A DNA stretch of 64,000 nt from Octopus sinensis (Eukaryota): positions 77,004,001-77,068,000 of the forward strand of contig NC_043006.1 of assembly GCF_006345805.1 (NCBI RefSeq). Reading direction: 5' to 3'. The notes under the pieces were generated by a model. The model worked only from the letters and a program-made list of their open reading frames with translations. It had not been told where the DNA came from and did no database searches. The position numbers and the translations under genes are program-made. Positions 1-13,110 of the stretch are shown one piece after another (the first letter of the stretch is position 1; every line of letters begins with the position of its first letter).

Positions 1-414
1 TGAAATTAGACACTTGTAAGACGAACGTTATAAAAGAGCTTCTTAAAATAGCTAGATAACTCGCAAGAAAACAAAAAACGAGAAGGAAAAATAAGAAAAT
101 AACAGTACAAAAATGAATATATATATAAAAGAAAGAAAGAAAATCTACGTACGCAACTTCACGGAATCATTTATTTCGCCATTGAAAAATAAGATGATAA
201 TGTATTTTAAAAAATCTGATTAGATATCCAAACGTTATTACGAAGAAGAAAGAAAAGGAAAATAAAAAAGAAACGACGTAAAGAGAAACTGAGATGATGA
301 GGAAGAGAAGTTATATAAATGGGAATGAAATAGGCATTAAGAAGTATTATGAACACAAACACACAGACACAGACACATATATAATTGTGTGCATATATAT
401 ATATATATTATATA

Positions 415-445
<31 letters not shown>

Positions 446-2870
446 CATATATATATACATATACATATGCATATATATACATATACATATATATGTACAT
501 ATACATGTATGTATGTATGTATGATGTATATACTTATGTGGTGTGCGTATGTGTGTGCGTGTAGATATGTTTATGTGAATCAATCAACGTATCTACACAC
601 ACAAGTACTTACAAACATACACATACAAACACATTTTCTTTCCTATCCACCTACCGCTTTCTCCTTATTCTTGCTACCGTTTTCCCTATTTACCTTGTTA
701 ACGCTTTCTCTGTCTAGCAATCTTTCCTTCGTTTTCTCTCTCTCTCTCTTTATTTGCCTGCCTTTCTTGTTTACATCCATCTGTCTTTCGGTCGTCATAT
801 CCGTCAATCTATCCTTCCAACTTGGTTACTTCTTATCCATTTATACGGCTGTCTATGTTTCTATCTCGCCCTCTTTTCCTCCATCTGTATCCTTGTTTTG
901 ATCACATTCACGACAAACTCTTCTCTGTCACCGTCTCTTTTCTCCTACTTCGTATTCTTCATGCTACTCAATCCATTCACCTGCTCAGTCCATGTTTAAC
1001 TGCTTCTGATTTGTTTGGTCTTCATATCCTTTTCTTCAAGGCCGAAAGGTAAAAAATACTTCAGTTTAGCTTATTTTAGAAGAGCTGCATAAAATCTTTT
1101 GACAAATCGAAAGAAATATTCTCTCTGTACTTGCATTTATAAGTTGTTTCATTTTGTATTCATTTCGCTCTCCTCAGATCTTGCATATATCTGCTGTTCG
1201 GGCCTTGTCTCCACGTTTTCTAGTCCTTCTTCGAGTATTACGTTGCTGAAGCCACGAAAATTAACAGTATTGTTGGATGGGGTCAAAATTGTAATGATAT
1301 TTGGTTGACAACTTCGCGTTTTTTTTTTCTCCCTCTAAATTTTTTTATCGTATATCTATTCCATTTCCACCCCTCTATAAGTACATTCACACATATACAC
1401 ACAGATATGTAGCTGTGACTGTGTGGTAAGAAGATTTACTTTCCAACGCAGCACAACTGCGTGGAAACTTGGGTACACATCTATTATAGACGTTGTTAGT
1501 AGACAGAAACTAAAAGAATACCGTCATATGTGCGTGCGCGCGTGTGTCTGTCTGTCCACTATCAGTGTTTTCCTGAGTTGAAATTCTAGTATGATGTTAG
1601 CTTAACCTCCAAAAAGTTAATTTAAACAAACAGAAACTTTATGCTTCTAGAAAGTCAAGCGTAAAAACCTCATACATAAACAACGTTTCTAACCACTCTA
1701 CATATGTAATAAAAAATAAATCTTGCTAAAATATAGAGGGGAGATTCTGATGTATCTTCCCAGAAAGACATCTGTAATAGGGATACTTTCTATAATGATG
1801 AGCATTACTTCCGCGCAAGCTAATTATTACAAAATTTTCCTTTTAATCTTTTGCTTCGATCTCCCTTACAGCTTATGATACGAAAACTGATGTTTCCTTG
1901 GAAATACACTGCATTTCGCTTGCAAAGGCTGCCAATAAAAACCTTTCTCAAATTAATCCGATTTCGACATAGATATTAGATTCCATCAAGACCACCATGA
2001 CTATCAAAAAGTAGAACCCATTTATATAAACAATTAGCAGACGTAGCAGAGAAAAACAAATACAAAAACGTAAAAGAGATCACGTGACTAAAACACAGAA
2101 TGAAACGGAGCCATACATCGTGTAGCAGCTAAAAGAAGAAAACGAAACTGAAAGGGGAGTTTTATCAAATTATTTTTATTTCTTAAAACACGCTGTATCT
2201 CAGATTAAATCGAATGCTTATAAGTAATATAGGGATTTTGAAAATCAAGCTCACAGTGAACCGTTTATTATCTCAAAAATACCTCTTATTAAGGCGTTTT
2301 GTTTGTGTGTGTTTGTATACGCAGCCGTGCTTCGTTGTTTCTAAATAGAGTGCAGATACACGTATACATTACTAAACATCTGTATAGCTGTGAGTACTTG
2401 TATGTGGATGCATAAGTGAGTATATAGGAACCGCTTCATATATTTACAAAGAACAGTATTAAGTGATTGTTAACAGCATTAACTGATTGTCTGGAGTATT
2501 AAGTGATTGTTGCTATATTTGTCTTCGTGTGTCTTTATGTACAATGATGTTAGGCAGAGTGGGGGGTCAAATCCGTGTGTAAGTGTGTCGCTATTCGACA
2601 GTATTTACGCTGAAGTATGTTTGTTTAATACTGAAGTGGTTTTATAGCTTGGATAGGAGTCGAATTAGTCTGACTATCACCAAGAACCTGTGAGAAAAAA
2701 AATATGTAACTTATATACATGAGTAGACGCATGCACACGTGTAGATAAATACATAAAGATATATATGTATACTAAATATATACGCGTACAAACAAAATAT
2801 ATATATATATATACATACAGCCCAATACACCCAGACATGTATATTATCATAGTCTTTATACACATACGCA

Positions 2871-2963
<93 letters not shown>

Positions 2964-2975
2964 GTCTGTCTATCT
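2871..2975. repeat. (TCTA)n microsatellite
   Basis: Direct tandem TATC/TCTA run grading into TCTG. Confidence 0.95.
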
Positions 2976-3133
2976 GTCTCTCTGTCTGTGTGTGTATGTA
3001 TGTATGTATGTATGGATGGATGGATGGACGGAGGACGGACGTATATTTGTTTTTTTCTCTCATTTATTTGCTTCTCTTACTGTATAAATGTTATATACAT
3101 ATATAACATACATATACACATATGTATAGAAAC

Positions 3134-3196
<63 letters not shown>

Positions 3197-3260
3197 ATGC
3201 ACACAATACATACACACACACACACACACACACATATATTTATATATGTATGTGTATATA

Positions 3261-3336
<76 letters not shown>

Positions 3337-3569
3337 TACATATATATATATATATACACCATGAGTCATAGCTTATTTTCAAACCTACTTCTCCTACTTC
3401 TCCGCCTCCATTCTAATGCATACACAGTTTACGTCCGTGTCATCCGAGCAGAAGTGAGAGAATAGTTAGGCTCTAAAGCAACAGCTGTGTACCTAATGAC
3501 AAAGTACACCTAGACTCTCGTTTAGTTAGCATCGACAGCAGTTTTATTTTCCTCATAGTTGTTTTCCTT

Positions 3570-3591
3570 GCAGCAGCACTAGTAGCAGTAA

Positions 3592-3632
<41 letters not shown>

Positions 3633-4078
3633 GTAGTAGTAGTAGTAGTAGTGGCAGCAGTAGCAGTGATAGTAGGAGTAGTAATAGCAGCAGTAGTAGT
3701 AGTGGTAGTAATAGTAGTAGTAGTAGTAGTAGTAGTGAGAGTAGTAGTAGTAGTGAGAGTAGTAGTAGTAGTAAGAGTAGTAGTTGTGGTAGTAGCAGCA
3801 GTAGTAGTAATAGTAGTAGTAGTTGTAGTAGTAGTAGCAACAACAGTAGTAGTGGTAGTAGTAGTAGTAGTAATAGTAGTAGTAGTAGTTGTAGTAGTAG
3901 TAGCAATAACAGTAGTAGTAGTTGTAGTAGTAGTAGTAGTAGCAACAACAGTAGTAGTGGTAGTAGTAGTAATAGTAGTAGTAGTTGTAGTAGCAACAAC
4001 AGTAGTAGTGGTAGTAGTAGTAGTAGTAGTAGTAGCAGTAGTAGTAGAAGCAGCAGCAGCAGTAGTAGTAGTAGTTGA
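3570..4078. repeat. ~500-bp (TAG)n microsatellite with interspersed CAG/CAA/TTG variants
   Basis: Direct; it accounts for the poly-L and poly-V ORFs at 3553-4361. Confidence 0.95.
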
Positions 4079-4519
4079 AAGTGTGCCTATATTAGTGAAG
4101 GAATATAAAAAATGGGTCGTAATGTTTCAGTCTCATTGGTTGATCTTGGTGCCTCGTCTCTTTGTGGCGCATCATTATCGTCGTCGTCTCATTCGTTTCC
4201 TTCAATTTCCTTCTTTTTGTCTTTGCTCTTGTTCATCATCATCATCATCATCATCACTACAACCAATGCCGCCACCACCGCTGCCACCACCACCACCACC
4301 ACCACCATCATCTCTTCCTCTTTTTGATCTTTTTTTTCCTTTTCTTCATTGTTCTGTGTGAAAGTGTTTGGCTTACCTTGATATCTTTGCAACTGATAGA
4401 TTATTTATTCACTTCTAGGACATCAAATATTAATGAAGAGACAAATATATGTCGATCATATTTGATAGTCTAGTTATTGATAGACAAGGTTATTTGCCTA
4501 AACGATTATCCGTTTCTGT

Positions 4520-4890
4520 GTTCTTGTTTTTGGACATTGACCTGCGGCCCTGCTGAAACAACGCCTTGAATTGCTTAGACGAAGAAATCTACCCTAGTAT
4601 TTACCATTTACTTATCTTTAAGCCGGGCACATATTTTATCGGCTTCTGTTGCCCTTCTGCTGTTTTACGGGGACGTAATCCCACCAACACCAGCCGTCAG
4701 ATAATGGTGATATATGGGGTTTAAATAAATATTCATAAATATACATAAATATGGATACACGAAGTTCTTCCATGAACTTTCTGTTTAACAAATTCACGCA
4801 GAAGGCCATGGTTGGCGTGGGTCTGTCGTAGAAGACACTTGCCCAATATGCCGCGAAGTGTGGCTGAACCCTAAACCAAGTGATTTCAGC
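4520..4890 (-). mobile_element. SINE family B, degenerate copy
   Basis: Reverse-complement similarity to the 9850-10292 copy (AGAAGACACTTGCCCAA body; GCGGCC..GCTGAAACAACGCC tail). Confidence 0.6.
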
Positions 4891-5525
4891 AATCGCAACC
4901 AAAATCTTTCTCACACTATTCAAATTAGTTCATTTGACATTACCCTACGTGTTGTGTAGCCGAATGTCAAGCCTCATCTAACAAGTTTATGAAGAAAAGG
5001 ATTTTAGATCTTTTCGGTTTGGTTACACCTGTAGAAATTTCAAAGTTTATTGAAAATTAAAAAAATTTGTATATTAATATAATTTTCCAAGCTGAATCAC
5101 AGGAGTTATTTCACTTTCTTCAGAAAATTTTTTTTAAATGTCATAGGGGTTTAAGGTTTGATAATTTTCAACCAGTCAGTAAACAGGATTTGGAAGCTGT
5201 AATTTTGCGCGTGTTGTTAACTGTAAACAAATAGGTTCTCTCTGTGAGATCCTATTTATTTTTCAGTCGCAGCTTGATGATGACTATATGTTCTTCCGTT
5301 GGAATTTGCACAGGTAGCATTGTCCGATTCAAGATAAATTTGGTCGCTTTACTTCTAGCAGGTGGATCGACTATTCAGAATTAGGTTGGCAAACCCGTCG
5401 CCCGTAGACCAAAAATATTCTCCTTGAAGTATTTAAAATTTCTTTGGCAATACACAGGCCCGTACCTGCGCACGCGCGCACACATGAGCATATATAAACA
5501 CACACATACACACATATGTATATAC

Positions 5526-5574
<49 letters not shown>

Positions 5575-5827
5575 CTATATCAAGTGGCAGCATGGGAAGG
5601 AAAAATCATAGGTTATGCTACCACTTGATTTGATAGCTGTTTAAAATTACAATCTTAATTTTATATCGAAATTTATATATATTCACTTCGTCATTATATT
5701 CAATGTGGTGGTATCTTGGCAATATAGAACACCTTCCACAATTGCAGCGTGGAAGGTGTTTATAAGCCATTTAAAAATACACAAAAACCGTTAGATTCAC
5801 TTCAACATTTAGATTTAATTTACCAAA

Positions 5828-5879
<52 letters not shown>

Positions 5880-6169
5880 ATATATATATATATATATTTA
5901 TAAAAGGGAAAAATAAGTTCAAAAGAGTGTAATTCAAACTTTTTGAGAGGTCCAAAAACAGAGAAGGAATGATTTCTAATAAATTTTCATCATATTCATA
6001 AAAAAAACTGCCAGAACAAGAGATAAGAAAATGAAAATAGTGAAAAATGTCATTATCGGCATAAATATACCATAAACAATTATAGAAAGGTTGAGGAGAA
6101 AAAGATGTTGAATCAAAATTAGATTTAATACAAAATAGGATTCAATACATATATATGAAAATAGAGAGA

Positions 6170-6334
6170 GGCGCAGGCATGGCTACCTGGTAAGAAGTTT
6201 GCTTCCTACCCACACTGTTCTGTGTTCAGTCTCACTGCGTGGCACCTTGTCCAAGTGTCTTCTATTACAGTCTCTATTACAGCCGACCAAAGTTTTGTGA
6301 ATGAATTTTACAGACGGAAACTGAAAGAACCTCG

Positions 6335-6372
<38 letters not shown>

Positions 6373-6560
6373 TGTGTGTGTGTGCGTGTGTGTGTGTGGT
6401 GTGTTTATGTGTTTTTGTGCTTGTGTGTATGTACTCCTAACTCAGTGGATCGGCAAAAGAAATCGGTAAAATAAGTACGACTAAAATTTTTCAAGGCGGT
6501 GCGCCAGCAAAGCCACCGTCTAATGACTACAACATCTAAAAGTATAACAGAATAAAAGAA
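6170..6560 (+). mobile_element. SINE family B (tRNA-like head, internal microsatellite, LINE-like tail)
   Basis: GGCGCAGG head, GTTCAGTCTCACTGCGTGGCACCTTG body, (TG)n, then CAAGGCGGTGCGCCAGC tail. Confidence 0.8.
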
Positions 6561-7302
6561 TACATACACAAAATACATACATATACGCATACATGCATGC
6601 ATACATACATACATACAAACATACATACATACATACATAAACGCACTCATTATAGTAGTAAATAGCACTTAAGAAACGTCAGAGGAAATGTAAATTGAAT
6701 AGCCTAAGGTATTGGTCTCTAAAAGTTCGTAATATATAATAAACCAAACAAATGTTTAGACTAAGACTACAATTGATAGTAATTTATAATATATTGCTTA
6801 CTAAGAATTTGTAACATTAAACATTCATTATTTACTACGGCGCAGATGCGACTCCATATGTTCTTATTGACTTGCAAGTACCTGTGATACGAACGATGTG
6901 CGTCAGCAGCACTTTCTACTCAACCTGATTTCTCTATCTGCTATAAACTGCTAAAAATTCCTGTCAAAGTACATTCTAACCTCTTCAGCGGAACAGAATG
7001 GATAATTCGGTGCTAATATAAACTATACAGCAGCGAAAAAAAAAAAAAAAACTAGATTGGCATCATATTGTTTGCTCGCTCAAGGTTGAGTTGGTGCTAA
7101 AAAATAACAAAAAGAACAACAATACAATCTTTATATGAATTTGTTCCGCATGTCTTGACTGCTGTGTTCATATACGTTTTCATTATTTACTAATTCTGAG
7201 AGAATATCATCCGTTTAGGAATAGCATTTTTTCCCCTACCATATGAATATTGGTTCGGGTAAGAATTCTACAAGGACATAGATGTAATTTACATTACATA
7301 AA

Positions 7303-7489
7303 CACAGGTATGGCTGTATGGTAAGAAGATTAGTTCCCAGCCATATCGTTCTGGGTTCAGTCCCACAGCATGTCACCTTAGGCTTTGGGCCTGCTAAATA
7401 CTTGTGAGTGAATTTGGTAGACAGATACTGAAAGACGTCTGTCGTATATATACATATACGTATACATATACATACACACACACACACAC

Positions 7490-7545
<56 letters not shown>

Positions 7546-7548
7546 ATA

Positions 7549-7579
<31 letters not shown>

Positions 7580-7795
7580 CGCACAAATACCACATGCGTA
7601 TATATAGATATACGTGTATGTATGTGTGTGATTTGTATCTGTGTTTGTCACCCATCGAAAATTAAAATAACTACCAAGCTTTTAGAGAATAGTACAAGTG
7701 TCAAGGCATTCGGCTAAAAGTCCTTCAAGTCAATGCCCCCCCCCCCCCGCATGGCTCCAGTCTAATTACTGAAACAAGTAAAAGATAAAAGATAT
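7303..7795 (+). mobile_element. SINE family B copy
   Basis: GGTTCAGTCCCAC B-box-like motif, TTGTGAGTGAATTTGGTAGAC, CA/TA repeat, ACTGAAACAAGTAAAAGA tail. Confidence 0.75.
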
Positions 7796-8306
7796 ATGCT
7801 AACTAAAACATCTTGTGTAGATGTAATTCCAACATACATCCTTCGGATACTCCGAGATGCATTATCGGGAATGTTTCTGGGGGTTTAGGTGGTTTTGGAT
7901 CTTTCAGCATGAGACCCTCTTGCCCACACTATCCAGCCAGAGTAGACAAAGTCCCAGCTTTCATCGCAGTAAGCTCAAATCTGATCAACCCCTGCTGAGA
8001 ACGTCAACTGAAATATCTTGAGTTAAATAATGACTGGCTTTCAAAATTGTTTTATGTTTAAGTATCTCTCCAAATTACAATTTTTTCTCCAATTTTAAGA
8101 CGTCTATATGAAAACCCCCTTTCGTATTTTTTCTTTTTTTGGTCCTATCTCAGGTAATTAGATTTAGATATCTCGTCATTTCGATGATAGAGGCAACAAA
8201 AACTGCTATTTTCTTAGATATGACAGTGAGAGATTTCATTGCATATCTGATGTTAATGTGTAATGAAAAAGAACTTAATACACGCGCCAACACACCCAGA
8301 CAGACG

Positions 8307-8340
<34 letters not shown>

Positions 8341-8581
8341 TCACTTATGAATGCGTATCTGACGTCATATAATAAACAAGCCATAAACTGTCTACTTTAT
8401 TTTTAATATACGATTGACAAATTATCAGAATCGTTAGAGCAAATTCCTTGTCCTATTGATCTCTGACTTCAAATTCCGGCAAAGTTTAAGTAGATTTTCA
8501 TACTTTTGATATCAATAAAATAAAATACTTTTAACGACTCTTCATACATGTACTTGTCATACACACACATTCCTCCTTGTT

Positions 8582-8770
8582 GTTGTCTAAGTCGGCAGAC
8601 TCGTTAGCATTCCGGGCATAATACTTGTGGAATTTCGCTCGTAATTACGTTTTGAGTTGACATCCCGCCGTAGTCGACTTTGCCTTTCATCCTTTCGGAG
8701 ACGATGAATGAAGTACCAGTTGATTTCTGGGGTCGATGTAATCAACCAGCTCCCTCACTCGAATTCCAAG
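8582..8770 (+). mobile_element. SINE family A, older copy
   Basis: GTCGACTTTGCCTTTCATCCTTTCGG and GGGGTCGATGTAATC motifs shared with 29707-29934. Confidence 0.75.
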
Positions 8771-8829
8771 TGTTCTGCTGTAGAAATGCACACATTTCTT
8801 GATGGTAACAACATTTAACAATGAAACTA

Positions 8830-9790
8830 AAAGGTCGTAAAATGAGACGCAGAAGACCTTTTATTGATAGACAAAATGGTGAAGCAATATTGTAAGCGAA
8901 GGAGGACAAATTTGGAAATTACCTTGATTTATTACTGCAAAGCTTATGATATGACTCCACATTCATGGATCATTGAGTGCTTAGTTGTTTTTTGCTATTG
9001 CAAGGAATGTAACAAGTTTTCTGGAGAGAAGTATGGTGGATTGAAAAACTAAGTTTACACCGTATGGACAAGTCTTGGACACTCTGGATATCAGGGAAGG
9101 TATTTTCTAAGGAGGAAGTATCATCACTCAACTAGCAACAAGGTTCAAAAAGATTGGTACAAATATAAGGAGAGAACACCTACAAAAATCAACGTTGCTT
9201 GGAACTAAAAACGCACCTCAACTATGAGTGGAAATCTCAAGCAAAAGAGCTAACGATAATGGTGTGAACGGGACTGAAACCAATGGGAAAGTTAACGCAA
9301 CCTCCAAGTATCCCTTCCACAGCAGGGTGACACCGGTCTTAATCCAGCCACTATTGTCTATGTTGAGAAACAAGAGTGGAGCAAACAAGGAAACAGGTTA
9401 GTTACGGAGTGTTACTATTGGAGTATTCCTGTAGATGCAAATGGTGTGTCAGTCAGAGTATACAGACAACGAATGTACGAGAATGAGCGGCGAGGGATCA
9501 GTTTGAAATTATTGAACAGTGATTATGCAATCAAGCATGAACAATACGACAGAATGGGGATCAGTGACCATTTTCACGATGAAGGACAGACAATAACAAA
9601 CAAGATTTTTGATCTATTGAATGTAGAAAAGACAGAATTTATGTGCGACTTCAAGAGGGCTGACCAATGGAGCATAAATTAGTAAACAAGTAAAATCAAT
9701 AACGTATTAACACAAATTGAAGCAAAGAACATTACACGAACAAATAAACTCATCAAGCCTGCAAGTAGGACTGTTGCAGACCCGATGTGA
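8830..9790 (+). mobile_element. R4/Dong-like (restriction-like endonuclease clade) non-LTR retrotransposon remnant
   Basis: Frameshifted translation gives LIDKMVKQYCKRRRTNLEITLIYYCKAYDMTPHSWIIECL and an eroded GIFQGD-like motif (RT), then QEWSKQGNRLVTECYYWSIPVDANGVSVRVYRQRM and EQ*LCNQA*TIRQNG, which resemble the N-terminal region of R4-like ORFs as I recall them. Confidence 0.75.
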
Positions 9791-9849
9791 CTGAAGACTA
9801 ATAAGAACAAAACATTGACAAAAACAGTAATAAAATAAACAACCTCATC

Positions 9850-10033
9850 GGCGCAGGAGCAGCTGGCTAAGGGAGTGGGTGTGTGGCAAGTAGCTTGCTT
9901 GCTAACCACATGGTTCCGGGTCCAGTCCCACTTCGTGGCACCGTGGACAAGTGTCTTCTACTATAGCTTCGCGCCGACCAAAGTCGTGTGAGTATATATG
10001 GTAGACGGAAACTGAAAGAAGCTCGTCGTATAT

Positions 10034-10117
<84 letters not shown>

Positions 10118-10292
10118 GTTTGTGACAACCGATGTTGGTGTGCTTGCATACCCGTAACCAAGCGGTTCGGCAAAAGAGGTCGATAGAATAAGTACTAGGC
10201 TTGCAAAGAATAAGTCTTGGGCTCGATTTGTTCGACTAAAGGAGGTGCTCCAGTATGGCCGCAGTCAAATGGCTGAAACAAATAAAAGAATA
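9850..10292 (+). mobile_element. SINE family B, near-complete copy
   Basis: Head GGCGCAGGAG..GTGTGGCAAGTAGC, GGTCCAGTCCCAC, internal (CA)(TA)(TATG) tract, tail GGAGGTGCTCCAGTATGGCCGCAGTCAAATGGCTGAAAC. Confidence 0.9.
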
Positions 10293-10436
10293 ACCTTCAT
10301 GGAAAAGGGGAATATCTGAAGAAATAAGTTCTCTGAACAATGTAGAGTCAGTGGAAGAAACAGAGAAATGAAGAATGGTCGCAAACTTGAAAAATTGAGG
10401 AAGTCTAAAGTTGATACAAAAGACTGAATGTTGTAA

Positions 10437-10440
10437 TTGC

Positions 10441-10537
<97 letters not shown>

Positions 10538-10823
10538 ATTATTATTATTATCATCATCATCATCATCATCATCATAATTATTATCAAGGCAGCGAGCTGG
10601 CAGAATCGTTAACACGTGCTTAGCGGTATTTCACCTGCCGCTACGTTCTGAGTTCAAATTCCGTCGAGGTAGACTTTGCATTTCATTCTTTCGTACTCGA
10701 TAAATTAAGTATCCGTGGAACACTAGGGTCGATGTAATCAACTTATCCCCTCCCCCAACATGGGTGGGTGCCCTTGTTGCAAAATTTGAAACCATTATTA
10801 TTATATAATTATTATTATTATTA

Positions 10824-10879
<56 letters not shown>

Positions 10880-10915
10880 TATTATTTTATTATTATTATT
10901 ATTATATTATTATTA

Positions 10916-10955
<40 letters not shown>
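10437..10955. repeat. (TAT)n/(CAT)n microsatellites flanking a SINE-A copy
   Basis: Direct: ATT runs at 10437-10585 and 10795-10955. Confidence 0.9.
10587..10795 (+). mobile_element. SINE family A copy with small internal deletion
   Basis: GGCAGCGAGCTGGCAGAATCGTTA head and GAGTTCAAATTCC B-box. Confidence 0.85.
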
Positions 10956-11649
10956 ACATGCAGGCATACACTGATACTCACATATGTTTATATTTACACA
11001 CACCACACACACATACATTTATAAAATACAAACATGTCTATGATATGTATATATATATATATATACACGTGTGTGTGTGTGTGTGTGTGTGTTGTGTCTG
11101 TGTGAATGCGTAAGTGTGTGTATGTGTACATGCATACGCTCAGAAATAAACACATAAAACCCATGCATTCATATATATATATGTATCTGTGTGTTGCTAT
11201 ACATTCGCATATTTTACATAAACTCACACAAAAATACGATTAGAAAAAAAATGGAACACCGGGAATTCAATTGCATACGAATGTCACACTCTAAATAATA
11301 ATAGAGAACTTTTATAAGAAATAATATTCTGTGGATTTATTTTTACTGAGAAAATAGATTCATTTTTGTCATTTTTTTAAAGCGTATCTAACATATTTAG
11401 CAGGAGTAGAAAGAAAAGGAAAGCGCGAAATAAAAAATATTAAATGTTTCCAGCAGCTTTGATTTTTTTGTCATAGTAAAAATAAAAATGTAAGGAAGCG
11501 TACAAGAAACAGTTATTAAGAATATGATACTATTTTCAGTGTTTACAAATTTACAGAATAACTTGTTAATTCCCCTACACTCCCCTACATACTTACTACG
11601 TACATACATACATACATACATACATACATACATACATACATACAGAACG

Positions 11650-11860
11650 AAGTTGCGTCTTGTCCTTGCTTTCATAACGCGGTGTAGATGAAACAGGGAC
11701 AACTGAAGAAGGGGATTATACTTTATGTTATATGTCTCGTTTCGTTGTTTGCTTTTTTTTTTCGTTGTTCGAAAAAAAGTTCGTTTTCTATGTTTTTGTT
11801 TTATATATTCGTTTCTCATTGTGTTCAACGTTGTTTTGATGTCCTGTACCCATATATGCA
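11650..11860 (+). mobile_element. Dispersed repeat, probably a Penelope-like terminal fragment; same family as 54620-54790
   Basis: GTAGATGAAACAGGGACAACTGAAGAAGGGG..TGTCTCGTTTC..TTCGTTGTTCGAAAAAAA matches the reverse complement of 54620-54790. The Penelope assignment is inference. Confidence 0.5.
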
Positions 11861-11877
11861 TGTGTATATATACATAT

Positions 11878-12185
11878 GTGGAGGCGTAATGGCGCAGTGA
11901 TTAGGGCAGCGGACTCGCGGTCGTAGGATCGCGGTTTCAATTCCCAGACCGGGCGTTGTGAGTGTTTATTGAGCGAAAACACCTAAAAGCTCCACGAGGC
12001 TCCGGCAGGGGGTGGTGATCCCTGCTGTACTCTTTCACCACCCTTTCTTCCACTCTTTGTTCTGTTGGCCTGCTTGCTTAGCCAGCGGGGTTGCGTCATT
12101 CGAAGGCTAAAATAATGCGAACGCATTGTGACCAACGATGTGTAACTACATCTGATGGACTGGTCGGTCACGTGATCACGTGATA
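11878..12185 (+). mobile_element. SINE family C (tRNA-like head), tail type 1
   Basis: A-box TGGCGCAGTGATTAG, B-box-like GGTTTCAATTCC, shared core with 20982 and 23295, ends in CACGTGAT repeats. Confidence 0.85.
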
Positions 12186-12874
12186 TATACATATATAGGT
12201 AGGTATGCACATATATGTATGTATATATGCATATATTTATATATTATCTATATTATTATATGATCGAACGTCACGCATCCTTTTCCAAGTATACATTCAT
12301 ATATACATACATGCATACAAACCTTGTTAATGAAGGAGCCTTGGATCTAGGTTAGAAACCAGCTCTTTCTCTTTTGGCAAGGAATCTTGAAATGAAACCG
12401 AATAATGACATACATACATACTCACATACGTACATACACACATGTATACATACACATACATATATACATACATACACACACATACACATGCATACATACG
12501 TAGGTACGCCCGTATATACTTACATACAGGCATACAGACATACTTACAATCATGCACATACATACACACATACATAGCTACATACATGCATACATACTAT
12601 GAAACACACGCACACGCAAACCCAGCTGCACACTCATTTGTGCGATGAGTTATGGCGCGGTAGTCTTTTTTGTCGTCCTCTTCAGGATACAGTGAATTGT
12701 GTGTATGTGTGTATTAGTGTACGTGTGACTGCGTGTGCACGTGTTCGTATATCAATCTATCTATTTATACATCCCTCATACACACACACACCCATACCAC
12801 TCACACACACATATATATATATTATATATTAATAATATATATATATATATAATACACACCTTTATACATATATT

Positions 12875-13025
12875 GTTTCTTTATTACCCCAAGGGGCTAC
12901 ACACAGAGGGACAAACAAGGACAACAAACGAATTCGATTAAATCGACCAGTGCTTAACTGGTACTTGATTTATCGACCCCGAAAGGATGAAAGGCAAAGC
13001 TAACGTTTCTGCCACTCGCCGCCTT
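12875..13025 (-). mobile_element. SINE family A copy with internal deletion
   Basis: Reverse complement reads GGCGGCGAGTGGCAGAAACGTTAG joined directly to CTTTGCCTTTCATCCTTTCGGGGTCG. Confidence 0.8.
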
Positions 13026-13110
13026 ATACATGTACACACACCACATATGTGTGTGTATAAAATGCATATATAAGGAAGCGCACTTATACGGGTTCAATCA
13101 TACACACATA

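Noticed and set aside
294-901. ORFs rich in IY, CV, HT, LSIY, poly-L, poly-V or poly-N throughout the track
   Set aside because: They are translations of TA, TG, TCTA, TAG and TAA microsatellites, which lack stops in some frames.
5267-5470. Exon-like segments on both strands (SQLDDDYMFFRW; GTGLCIAKEI)
   Set aside because: Weak donor, early stops, no family match.
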